A stretch of DNA of 32,000 nt, from assembly GCA_021325595.1 (NCBI GenBank), contig JAJPGX010000015.1, positions 20,824-52,823 on the forward strand, read 5' to 3'. Of this stretch, positions 25,581 through 32,000 are shown piece by piece (position 1 is the first letter of the stretch; each line of letters starts with the position of its first letter). Source of the stretch: Nitrososphaerota archaeon. Lineage in GTDB: Archaea > Thermoproteota > Nitrososphaeria > Nitrososphaerales > Nitrosopumilaceae. The notes under the pieces are model-generated. The model saw nothing but the letters and a program-made list of their open reading frames with translations. It had not been told where the DNA came from and did not search any database. Position numbers and translations under genes: made by a program.

Positions 25581-27068
25581 CTACTCTGCAAATTGAGAGT
25601 ATGCTCTTTCGCCTACTTGCGACAAGTCAAGTCCTATTTCTTCTTCTTTTGGTGTAACTCTAACACCACCTGGCCAAATCGCATCTTGTATTCTCCAGAT
25701 AATGTATGTTATACCAAATGACCAAGCTGCACCAAATCCTGCACCTGCAGCATTGATTGCTTCTTGCATTGGATTTCCAAAGAAGAGACCGTCGTGTCCA
25801 AATGGATTGATCCTAGTTTCACTGAATGCACCTGTTAGAAGAGCACCTACAACTCCTCCCATTCCGTGCACACCCCAAGTATCCAAAGCATCATCTATTC
25901 TTGCTCTGTTCTTGATAAGTACACAGTAGAAGCATATTGTTGCACATGCAAATCCTACTATTATTGATGCCCATGTTCCGATGAAACCAGAAGCTGGTGT
26001 AATTGCTACAAGTCCAGCTACCGCACCGTTTGCAGCTCCAATAGCACTAGTTTTTCCTGTATGTGCCCAGCTTAAGAACATCCACCACATTGCTGCAACC
26101 GCAGTTGCGATGTTTGTATTCTGGAATGCTTGTGTTTCAAGGAAACCTGCTGAACCAGCACTTCCTGGGTTGAAACCAAACCAACCAAACCATAGTAGTA
26201 TTGCGCCTAGCATTACAAGCGGAATTGAATGTGGCTCAAATGGTGCTTTACCATATCCTATTCTCCTTCCTAAGAACATCGCAGTCGCTAATCCTGCAAA
26301 TCCTGATGTGATATGAATTACAGTTCCACCCGCAAAGTCTTCCGCACCCATGTTTGCTAACCAACCTAACGCAGTTCCTTGACTTCCAAGGGACCAGTTT
26401 GCATGACCTACAACATCATAGATGAATGTGGTCCAGAGTACAATATGTATTAAGAATGCACTCATCTTCAACCTATCAGCATAACCAGCTATAGCTAGTG
26501 ATGGAGTGATTGCAGCGAACATGAGCTGGAACATCACAAAGGCGATATGAGGAATGGTTACAGCATACACATCAGCCGGTGCTATGTGTGACACGTTGTT
26601 TAGACCTGTCCACTCAAAGGTTCCGATAAATCCAACTGAATCGGCAGATGGACCAAACATAATAGAGTATCCAAAGACCACCCACTGAATACTAACAATT
26701 GCATATGTCAAGAATGCTTGTAGTATAACAGTTAGAGCGTGTTTTCTTCGTGTAAGACCTCCATACAAAAATCCTACACCGCCGGGAGTCATGATCATGA
26801 CGAAGACTGCTGCTGCGTACATGAATGTGGTATCTCCCGTATCAATACATGGACCACTCTTGTTGACGTCTGTCATTACTTGTGTACAATGGATTTCAGA
26901 TACGTCCTTGTCTGCAGGAAGTTTGTTTAGGTCACCAAATTGTGCCTGGGCATCTTGAATTGCTGTAAATCCAGATAACCCTACCAATAATCCCGCTAGT
27001 ACAAAAACTACCGGCCATTTGTGTTTCTTTACTATCTGCAATGGCGTTTGAGAAATTGTTTCCAGCAT
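25581..27068 (-). CDS. amt: Ammonium transporter (Amt/MEP/Rh family)
   Basis: About 495 aa. Typical Amt blocks are present: DFAGGTVIHITSGFAGLA, FGWFGFNPGSAG and DTWGVHGMGGVVGALLTG. The track start at 27080 is a TTG; the ATG at 27068 lies 24 nt downstream of a TATA-like box. Confidence 0.95.
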   Translation of the reverse strand: MLETISQTPLQIVKKHKWPVVFVLAGLLVGLSGFTAIQDAQAQFGDLNKLPADKDVSEIHCTQVMTDVNKSGPCIDTGDTTFMYAAAVFVMIMTPGGVGFLYGGLTRRKHALTVILQAFLTYAIVSIQWVVFGYSIMFGPSADSVGFIGTFEWTGLNNVSHIAPADVYAVTIPHIAFVMFQLMFAAITPSLAIAGYADRLKMSAFLIHIVLWTTFIYDVVGHANWSLGSQGTALGWLANMGAEDFAGGTVIHITSGFAGLATAMFLGRRIGYGKAPFEPHSIPLVMLGAILLWFGWFGFNPGSAGSAGFLETQAFQNTNIATAVAAMWWMFLSWAHTGKTSAIGAANGAVAGLVAITPASGFIGTWASIIVGFACATICFYCVLIKNRARIDDALDTWGVHGMGGVVGALLTGAFSETRINPFGHDGLFFGNPMQEAINAAGAGFGAAWSFGITYIIWRIQDAIWPGGVRVTPKEEEIGLDLSQVGERAYSQFAE

Positions 27069-27088
27069 CTTTTCGTACAAGTGCTTCG

Positions 27089-27116
27089 CATCTATAAAAG
27101 GTATTTTATCCTAAAA
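27089..27116 (-). promoter_or_regulatory. amt promoter core; copy 1 of a perfect 28-nt direct repeat
   Basis: The plus strand reads CATCTATAAAAGGTATTTTATCCTAAAA and the minus strand TTTTAGGATAAAATACCTTTTATAGATG. The TTTATA element sits 24 nt upstream of the amt ATG at 27068. The sequence is identical to 29588-29615. Confidence 0.6.
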
Positions 27117-27122
27117 TTATTT

Positions 27123-27180
27123 TTTTATGATATTATAATAGATCTTTGATCTGTAAACAAAAAATCTCGATATCATAAAA
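27123..27180. repeat. Nested palindromes upstream of amt: an 11-bp perfect inverted repeat flanking AGATC-TTT-GATCT
   Basis: TTTTATGATAT (27123-27133) and ATATCATAAAA (27170-27180) are exact reverse complements. AGATCTTTGATCT lies at 27140-27152. Confidence 0.8.
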
Positions 27181-27232
27181 TTATAAAAAATTCTAAAAAA
27201 AATTATTATACAAGCTAAATGACACCTGATAT

Positions 27233-27394
27233 ATGGCAGAAGCAGGAATAAACATTTTCATTGCAACAGGCGTAGCTCTAGCAATGACAGTTGCAATTTA
27301 TTTTGGAGAAAGAGCCCATAGAAAGAACTTAGAAAAGAAAGGAAAGACATGGGGTACCTATGGCATGAAGTACGAAGGCCATCACAACCTCTAG
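27233..27394 (+). CDS. Possible small membrane protein (53 aa), divergent from amt
   Basis: Below the track cutoff. My translation is MAEAGINIFIATGVALAMTVAIYFGERAHRKNLEKKGKTWGTYGMKYEGHHNL, one TM helix with a basic tail, and the region is richer in GC than the surrounding spacer. Confidence 0.45.
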   Translation: MAEAGINIFIATGVALAMTVAIYFGERAHRKNLEKKGKTWGTYGMKYEGHHNL

Positions 27395-27473
27395 AAGAAA
27401 AATTTCCTTAACCATCTTTTTGTAATAACAGCATCAGATAGATTGATTTAATCACTTGCGGCGAATTATATCA

Positions 27474-27965
27474 ATGAGAAAGAATTTAGAAGAAGGAGAA
27501 CATATTGTGGCTTCATTGCCTCAGGTCTGGGGAATTGCATTAGGATTTAGAGGCTTTTTTCACAAAAATAAAGAAGGAGTTTTAGCGTTAACAGACAGGA
27601 ATTTAATTTTCACACCTCGTTTCTTGTATATTACTCCAAAAGAAAAAGGAAAATATTTTGAAGACGATAAAGCAAAAATTGCTAAAATTTCCAATTACAC
27701 AGAAGATGATCTAGATGAAGATATCTCTGAGAATTCAAAATCATCTTGGGTGATACCCCTTGAATCAATAAGAGATGTGGAAATAACAATATCACGTAAA
27801 GTAAGTTTTCTAAGGGTAACCTATACAGAAGATGGAAAAACAAGGAAATGTGATTTTGGAATTGCTAAAACCGTTGCAAGTTATCCTCAACGTCAACCAC
27901 TAGTATTCAAAAATTTAGATTGGACGTTATGGCTTGGTTTAATCAAATCAATGATAAAACTATAA
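27474..27965 (+). CDS. Hypothetical protein (possibly PH/GRAM-like fold)
   Basis: The track ORF starts at a TTG (27456); the ATG at 27474 gives MRKNLEEGEHIV... GVLALTDRNLIFTP is reminiscent of bacterial PH-like domains. This is weak. Confidence 0.55.
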   Translation: MRKNLEEGEHIVASLPQVWGIALGFRGFFHKNKEGVLALTDRNLIFTPRFLYITPKEKGKYFEDDKAKIAKISNYTEDDLDEDISENSKSSWVIPLESIRDVEITISRKVSFLRVTYTEDGKTRKCDFGIAKTVASYPQRQPLVFKNLDWTLWLGLIKSMIKL

Positions 27966-27976
27966 ATATTTAAAAA

Positions 27977-28456
27977 TCACGGATTTTGCCGAGTATTTTG
28001 TTGTAATATTTTTCTAGCTTGTGATGAAATAATATCGTCATCATGATCTTGACCTTGTAGAAATTTTACATCAGTTATCTTTTTTTTATACTTGAATATT
28101 TCCAATTCATATTTACCATCTTTCTTTGGTTGGTACAATGCTAGCTTTAGTAATGCAGATCCATTGTATTCCTCTTTAAATTGTAAATAGTGTTCAGAAA
28201 TTTTTAGAGATTTTAAAAAAACCCAGGTTGTCATTAATATACGCGATGGGCTATACAAAACAAGTTCATAGTTAGGATCTTCTTCAAAAAACCTTATTTT
28301 TATTTCATCATCTGGCCAATATTTGATAATTTCGCTCCATGTGTTTACAAGTTTTTTTCGATCATCAAATAAGAGATAGACGGTTGGGCGAACATCATAT
28401 ACATGGTAACCCATACCTATAAAATCATGATACCACTCAATCTTAGATTCAGACAT
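27977..28456 (-). CDS. Hypothetical protein
   Basis: 159 aa with an ATG start. No recognisable family. About 31% GC by hand count of 28101-28200. Confidence 0.55.
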   Translation of the reverse strand: MSESKIEWYHDFIGMGYHVYDVRPTVYLLFDDRKKLVNTWSEIIKYWPDDEIKIRFFEEDPNYELVLYSPSRILMTTWVFLKSLKISEHYLQFKEEYNGSALLKLALYQPKKDGKYELEIFKYKKKITDVKFLQGQDHDDDIISSQARKILQQNTRQNP

Positions 28457-28530
28457 TCAATTCCACATTGCATGTATTATATTTAATAATTAAACTTGGA
28501 AAAACACCACAATTAAGATATTAATGCCCA

Positions 28531-28764
28531 ATGGTTTTTCAAGTTGTGTCAAATCGAAAACGAATAGAAGAGATAATGAAAATGAGTAAAGAGGAACTAT
28601 ATCAATATCTACGAAGAGAGGACAACACCATTCAAGAATCAGACAAAATAGAGATGAAACCATTTGAACATGGAATTAAAATATTTTATTTCCATAAAGA
28701 TTCAGAAAAACCATTCAAAACAAGAGTATATCTGAATCAGGATGAGAGTGAATCATTAAAGTAA
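28531..28764 (+). CDS. Hypothetical small protein
   Basis: 77 aa, ATG start, charged composition, divergent from 27977..28456. Confidence 0.45.
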   Translation: MVFQVVSNRKRIEEIMKMSKEELYQYLRREDNTIQESDKIEMKPFEHGIKIFYFHKDSEKPFKTRVYLNQDESESLK

Positions 28765-28813
28765 ATACAACTGATGTTAACAAAATAGAAATTAAAATTA
28801 AAAAAGTGTGTGG

Positions 28814-29590
28814 TTATAGCAAGGATGTTTTTGGTTTTAGTTCACGCCACTTGCCACGAGCCCAGAAACCCCACTTTTGTTTGTCTTCGTTTGGATAGTA
28901 ACATTTTTCGTTGTGAGGGCAACTCATACATCTTTCAGATGGTTCAATGGCTGGTGCAATATTGTTTTTCAACAGTGTATTGAGAATTTTTGCTCTTCGT
29001 TTTGTTTCGTGTAGTAGCTTTTCACTTTTTGGAACAATGAATTCCATCTCATTTCCTTCTTTGTCAAAGTAAATGATCACACCTTCGGGTTTGTCAAACA
29101 TGTATAGATATGAATTCAGTTGTATGAAATGCTCTGGATGTGGCATTTCTGGCAATGTTTCTGAACTTCTAAAGAGCATCACTGTTTCGTCTTCAACTCT
29201 GTCAGCTCTACCGACAATTTTTACGTTAGAGCCTGCATCGAGTTGACCTTCTAATGGTTTTTCCATTATACTCAGCGCACTCTTTTCCATTATCTTTGAC
29301 ACCATCTGTTTGTGTGTACTTTCTGATGGATCCTTACGGTCAAGGTATGCGTTCCTTAGACAACCGCTTAGCTCGTCTACAGAGATTTTTCCCTCGTCAG
29401 CTATTGTAGGATTAATTGCAGCAAAAACTTGCTCAATCACATCATACACATCTACCCTAGCTGGGGTATCAGTTGCTGAACGATAGTTTTCAATTCCTTC
29501 CTTAATTTTTTCTTGAACTTTTCCAACAATCTTTGCTTTTTTGTAGCTAGCTTTGGATTCTGTCATTCTTTTGAAAAGGGAGTTTTTCAT
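28814..29590 (-). CDS. Cas4/RecB-like PD-(D/E)xK-fold protein with a four-Cys (Fe-S type) pattern; stand-alone
   Basis: The N-terminal Cys context is ELSGCLRNAYL. GRADRV is motif II-like, HFIQLNSYLYM is QhxxY-like, and CMSCPHNEKC is the C-terminal C-x2-C-x5-C. The likely start is the internal ATG at 29566 (MTESKASYKK), 25 nt downstream of the repeated TATA-like box. Confidence 0.68.
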   Translation of the reverse strand: MKNSLFKRMTESKASYKKAKIVGKVQEKIKEGIENYRSATDTPARVDVYDVIEQVFAAINPTIADEGKISVDELSGCLRNAYLDRKDPSESTHKQMVSKIMEKSALSIMEKPLEGQLDAGSNVKIVGRADRVEDETVMLFRSSETLPEMPHPEHFIQLNSYLYMFDKPEGVIIYFDKEGNEMEFIVPKSEKLLHETKRRAKILNTLLKNNIAPAIEPSERCMSCPHNEKCYYPNEDKQKWGFWARGKWRELKPKTSLL

Positions 29591-29615
29591 CTATAAAAGG
29601 TATTTTATCCTAAAA
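29588..29615 (-). promoter_or_regulatory. Copy 2 of the perfect 28-nt direct repeat (an amt-type promoter core) at the 5' end of the Cas4-like gene
   Basis: The plus strand CATCTATAAAAGGTATTTTATCCTAAAA is identical to 27089-27116. In both copies, 9 diverged nt are followed by a shared TTTATGATA. Confidence 0.6.
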
Positions 29616-29691
29616 AAAAGAATTTATGATAATATTTCTTATTTTATAATATTTTAAACAATGATTTTAATAAAAGCATTTCATAGGTGCA

Positions 29692-30045
29692 ATGGATCCA
29701 ACTATGAAAAAAATAGAAGCAGTAATCCCAGAAGAAAGATTGGAGAACGTGTTTGAAGCATTGTTAGACTCTGGTGCCTCAGGCTTCAGTTATTTTACTG
29801 TAAAAGGTAGAGGAAGCAGGGCAAGACCAGTTGTTTCATCCGGAAGGGGCGGTCGATTTGAATCGGCATATAATGTCAACTCTTGCATCATGGTTGTTGT
29901 AGCAGACAACATGGTAAACAAGGTGGTTGATACGATAACCTCTCATGCAAGTACCGGAATGGCAGGTGAAGGTAAGATATTCGTCTACAATGTAGAAGAT
30001 GCTATAGATGTAGGAACAAAGAAACACGGCGACGCTTCAATTTAA
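29692..30045 (+). CDS. PII-family nitrogen regulatory protein (GlnB/GlnK-like) with a divergent T-loop
   Basis: MKKIEAVIPEERLENVFEAL... and the B-loop-like TGMAGEGKIFVYNVEDAIDV fit PII. The probable start is the ATG at 29704. The T-loop region reads GRGSRARPVVSSGRGGRFESAYNV. Confidence 0.88.
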   Translation: MDPTMKKIEAVIPEERLENVFEALLDSGASGFSYFTVKGRGSRARPVVSSGRGGRFESAYNVNSCIMVVVADNMVNKVVDTITSHASTGMAGEGKIFVYNVEDAIDVGTKKHGDASI

Positions 30046-30122
30046 ATTTCTTTTACATATTTTCTATTTTCACATATTATTGAAAGATATCAACTATATA
30101 GCTCGCCATATACAGCAAAATC

Positions 30123-30641
30123 ATGTTCTGGCCTGGGATGGGAGATCCTACAAAACGTAAAAAGGCACTCAGATTTCTTGCAATATCAGCTGCTGTAGGC
30201 GTAGCCGTTGTACTATTAAGTACAACAATCATTGCACAGGTAAAGGATAAAGATCCTCTATATCACAAGTGCCTTAATGGATTAGATATTCAATACCAAG
30301 TGTCTGCAACATTAGAAGTTCAAGTCGATGGCAAACCGTGGGTAAAACCAGCTCCCACCACTACAGACGTTCCAAAAGATTGTGAAAGATCCATGATTTT
30401 CTCAGATGATGGAACTATTCATGGAGCCTGGGTAAAGAAGTACCCGTTTGAAGTAGGCCAATTCCTATGGATGGCAAACTTTCCTATCCGTGATATGGAT
30501 GAAACAAAATCAAGAATCTATGCAAACGGAATAGAATCAACTGACTTTATTCATACTGTAGTACAGGACGGCGTACATTACAAAGCTGAATTTGTATCCA
30601 AGAATGAAGGTGCGCCTAGCTTTACACCTCCAAAGAACTAG
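30123..30641 (+). CDS. Membrane-anchored extracytoplasmic hypothetical protein
   Basis: 172 aa with an N-terminal helix (FLAISAAVGVAVVLLSTTII) and a soluble domain with two Cys. About 40% GC by hand count. Confidence 0.62.
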   Translation: MFWPGMGDPTKRKKALRFLAISAAVGVAVVLLSTTIIAQVKDKDPLYHKCLNGLDIQYQVSATLEVQVDGKPWVKPAPTTTDVPKDCERSMIFSDDGTIHGAWVKKYPFEVGQFLWMANFPIRDMDETKSRIYANGIESTDFIHTVVQDGVHYKAEFVSKNEGAPSFTPPKN

Positions 30642-30666
30642 TCTTTAGATTTACCTCGATAGTATC

Positions 30667-30698
30667 AAAATTAAAAATAAGGAAAAAGGGTTTGGAGT
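30667..30698 (-). terminator. Pyrimidine-rich putative terminator after ORF 30699..30968
   Basis: The minus strand reads ACTCCAAACCCTTTTTCCTTATTTTTAATTTT, the same style as the amo and amt 3' regions. Confidence 0.4.
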
Positions 30699-30968
30699 TT
30701 ACCAGTACTTTCCGTTATCTGGTATCAGACCAATGCCTTCTCTCTCAAAGTGTTTCTCGAGTTCGGAAACCCATCTTTCTCTAGTGTCTCCACCAAGACC
30801 GTGTACTCTGAGCCAGAATGCAATTACTCCGAGAAGGAATACTGCAAACATGATGGTTGCAAATATGTATACCATCACGTCGTAAAATAGCGGGTCGTAG
30901 TTTGGACCTATCTGACCTGCAAAGTTGGACAGCATACCTACGAGCATAGCGAATAACGCGCTCATCAT
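30699..30968 (-). CDS. Small two-helix membrane protein with amo-like base composition (candidate AMO-associated subunit)
   Basis: 89 aa: MMSALFAMLVGMLSNFAG...VMVYIFATIMFAVFLLGVIAFWL, followed by a charged tail. About 48% GC by hand count of 30721-30820, like the amo genes. Confidence 0.7.
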   Translation of the reverse strand: MMSALFAMLVGMLSNFAGQIGPNYDPLFYDVMVYIFATIMFAVFLLGVIAFWLRVHGLGGDTRERWVSELEKHFEREGIGLIPDNGKYW

Positions 30969-31038
30969 TATTCAAAACGAATTAGGTGCGATATATACAT
31001 TTCTGCGTGTAACGAAAAACGTAGATCAGAGTAGATAT

Positions 31039-31064
31039 GGAATAAAATAAGAAAAAGAGAAGAA
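31039..31064 (-). terminator. Pyrimidine-rich putative terminator after ORF 31065..31376
   Basis: The minus strand reads TTCTTCTCTTTTTCTTATTTTATTCC. It shares the 15-mer TCTTTTTCTTATTTT with the amoC 3' region. Confidence 0.4.
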
Positions 31065-31376
31065 TTAACGAGCTCTCTTTGCTTTTTCAGCTTGTTTGGC
31101 CCTTACTACGAATGCAACAAAGATTCCGCCGAATACTGCTCCTGCGATGATTGTTGCACCGATGACACCGTTTGCATCAAGATATGGCGTACCAGAACCA
31201 GCGTGTGGATTGTTTTGTACAGCTGCAATTCTTGCACGCGCCAGTTTTAACTGCTCTTCAAGTGTAGTTGTACCACCACCGCCCACACCTGCATATTGTG
31301 CTGCAGCTAGCGGGGCAAATGATGAGGCCACGAAGAGAGCCAAAAGTACGGTTCCAATAATTATTGGTTTTTTCAT
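31065..31376 (-). CDS. Small secreted, C-terminally anchored membrane protein with amo-like base composition (candidate AMO-associated subunit)
   Basis: 103 aa. Signal peptide MKKPIIIGTVLLALFVASSFAPLAAA, a Gly-rich linker, an amphipathic segment, a C-terminal TM helix and a basic tail. About 47% GC by hand count of 31081-31180. The antisense ORF 31096..31398 is low-complexity. Confidence 0.7.
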   Translation of the reverse strand: MKKPIIIGTVLLALFVASSFAPLAAAQYAGVGGGGTTTLEEQLKLARARIAAVQNNPHAGSGTPYLDANGVIGATIIAGAVFGGIFVAFVVRAKQAEKAKRAR

Positions 31377-31483
31377 ATTAGTACCTACTTGTGGATGACG
31401 CCTGTAGATATTTAACTTTTATGTAAAGTATCAGATGCGATCTCCCAAGTAACATTTATGTTTGCTCAAATAACAATCGGCTC

Positions 31484-31933
31484 GTGGGACGACTTCATTC
31501 ACATAGACATGGCAAATCACATTCGGTAAGGCCAGTTACTCCAAATACACCTACATGGGTAAAACAGAGTCCTTCTGAAATCGAGGAACTCATAGTAAAA
31601 TATTCTAAAGATGGCTTGAGTTCAAGTGAAATAGGAATAAAGCTTCGCGATCAACATGCTATACCCTTAACAAAACAGATGGTCAAAAAATCCGTAACTG
31701 AGATACTTGAAGAAAAGGGAGTCAAGCCAGAAATGCCAGAAGATTTGAATAATTTAGTGGTAAAAGCACTTGGTTTACAAAAACATCTAAAGGCAAACAA
31801 GTCAGATAGAAGAAACGTCAGATCACTTGAGCTTTTAGAGGCAAAAGTTCACAGGTTATCTACACACTACAAAAAGATCGGCCGCATACCCAAAACTTGG
31901 AAATATAAGGCAGTCATAGCTCAACTTGAGTAA
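31484..31933 (+). CDS. rps15: 30S ribosomal protein S15 (uS15; archaeal S15P/S13e type)
   Basis: 149 aa with a GTG start. MGRLHSHRHGKSHSVRP...PSEIEELIVKYSKDGLSSSEIGIKLRDQHAIP...RLSTHYKK matches archaeal uS15. Confidence 0.92.
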   Translation: MGRLHSHRHGKSHSVRPVTPNTPTWVKQSPSEIEELIVKYSKDGLSSSEIGIKLRDQHAIPLTKQMVKKSVTEILEEKGVKPEMPEDLNNLVVKALGLQKHLKANKSDRRNVRSLELLEAKVHRLSTHYKKIGRIPKTWKYKAVIAQLE

Positions 31934-32000
31934 TGACGAAACTGGATCAGGCATTATCTTATTTTCATGATAGAGTTTCAGATTGTATCAAAACTGGAAA
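31933..32000 (+). CDS. Start of an unidentified ORF overlapping the rps15 stop (TAATG); truncated by the window end
   Basis: My translation is MTKLDQALSYFHDRVSDCIKTG... Only 22 codons are visible. Archaeal rps15 is often followed by a DHH/RecJ-like gene, which cannot be confirmed here. Confidence 0.3.
   Translation, partial: MTKLDQALSYFHDRVSDCIKTG

Noticed and set aside
25702-26930. Plus-strand ORFs 25702..25929, 25981..26316 and 26739..26930 inside amt
   Set aside because: They are Ala/Pro-rich antisense frames of the GC-elevated amt gene, and the Amt frame is unambiguous.
27126-29632. TATGATA/TATCATA as a nitrogen-regulon motif (it is also seen near the amoA, amoB and amoC promoters)
   Set aside because: The heptamer also occurs inside coding regions (for example near 8513 and 13611) and is expected several times by chance in DNA of about 30% GC. 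Only the exact 11-bp inverted repeat and the 28-nt repeat were kept.
30781-30975. Alternative minus-strand frame 30781..30975
   Set aside because: It is Arg/Cys-rich with no hydrophobic segments. The frame 30699..30968 gives a coherent two-helix membrane protein.
31096-31398. 100-aa plus-strand ORF opposite 31065..31376
   Set aside because: Its sequence is low-complexity Pro/Ala/Thr. The minus-strand frame has a signal peptide, a TM anchor, an ATG start and an amo-style 3' motif.
1-32000. Looked for CRISPR arrays, rRNA genes, transposases, integrases and long terminal inverted repeats
   Set aside because: No regularly spaced direct repeats of 24-40 nt, no rRNA-like GC-rich blocks longer than about 150 nt, and no ORF with recognisable transposase or integrase motifs were seen.

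Overview
AT-rich archaeal window, roughly 30% GC in ordinary genes by hand counts of 100-nt samples. The gene content identifies an ammonia-oxidising thaumarchaeon (Nitrosopumilales-like). The left half (1-19 kb) is mostly housekeeping: partial aconitase, pdxS/pdxT, pheS/pheT, trpS, archaeal PPAT, GNAT, amidohydrolase, a redoxin, an HTH regulator and an orphan PAS histidine kinase. It also holds five tRNA genes, three of which appear to carry introns (Trp and Leu with two each). The right half carries the ammonia monooxygenase cluster: amoA-amoX-amoC on the minus strand and amoB on the plus strand. Within 10 kb of it lie an Amt ammonium transporter, a PII-family protein and several small membrane-protein genes, then rps15. 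The amo, amt and two small membrane ORFs (30699-31376) hand-count at about 47-48% GC and share pyrimidine-rich 3' motifs. The most unusual structure is a perfect 28-nt direct repeat of the amt promoter core. It brackets a 2.5-kb AT-rich block, containing a Cas4-like nuclease-fold gene, that separates amt from the PII gene. Other leads are candidate extra AMO subunits, a Dam methylase paired with an AbiTii-like ORF, a histidine kinase whose H-box His is Lys, a CarH-like B12-domain regulator, a K-turn/ACA-bearing GC-rich RNA candidate after pheT, and palindromic repeats in the amoC-amoB and amt upstream regions. No CRISPR array, rRNA, transposase or integrase was seen. All family assignments come from reading the translations and from memory, with no database search.
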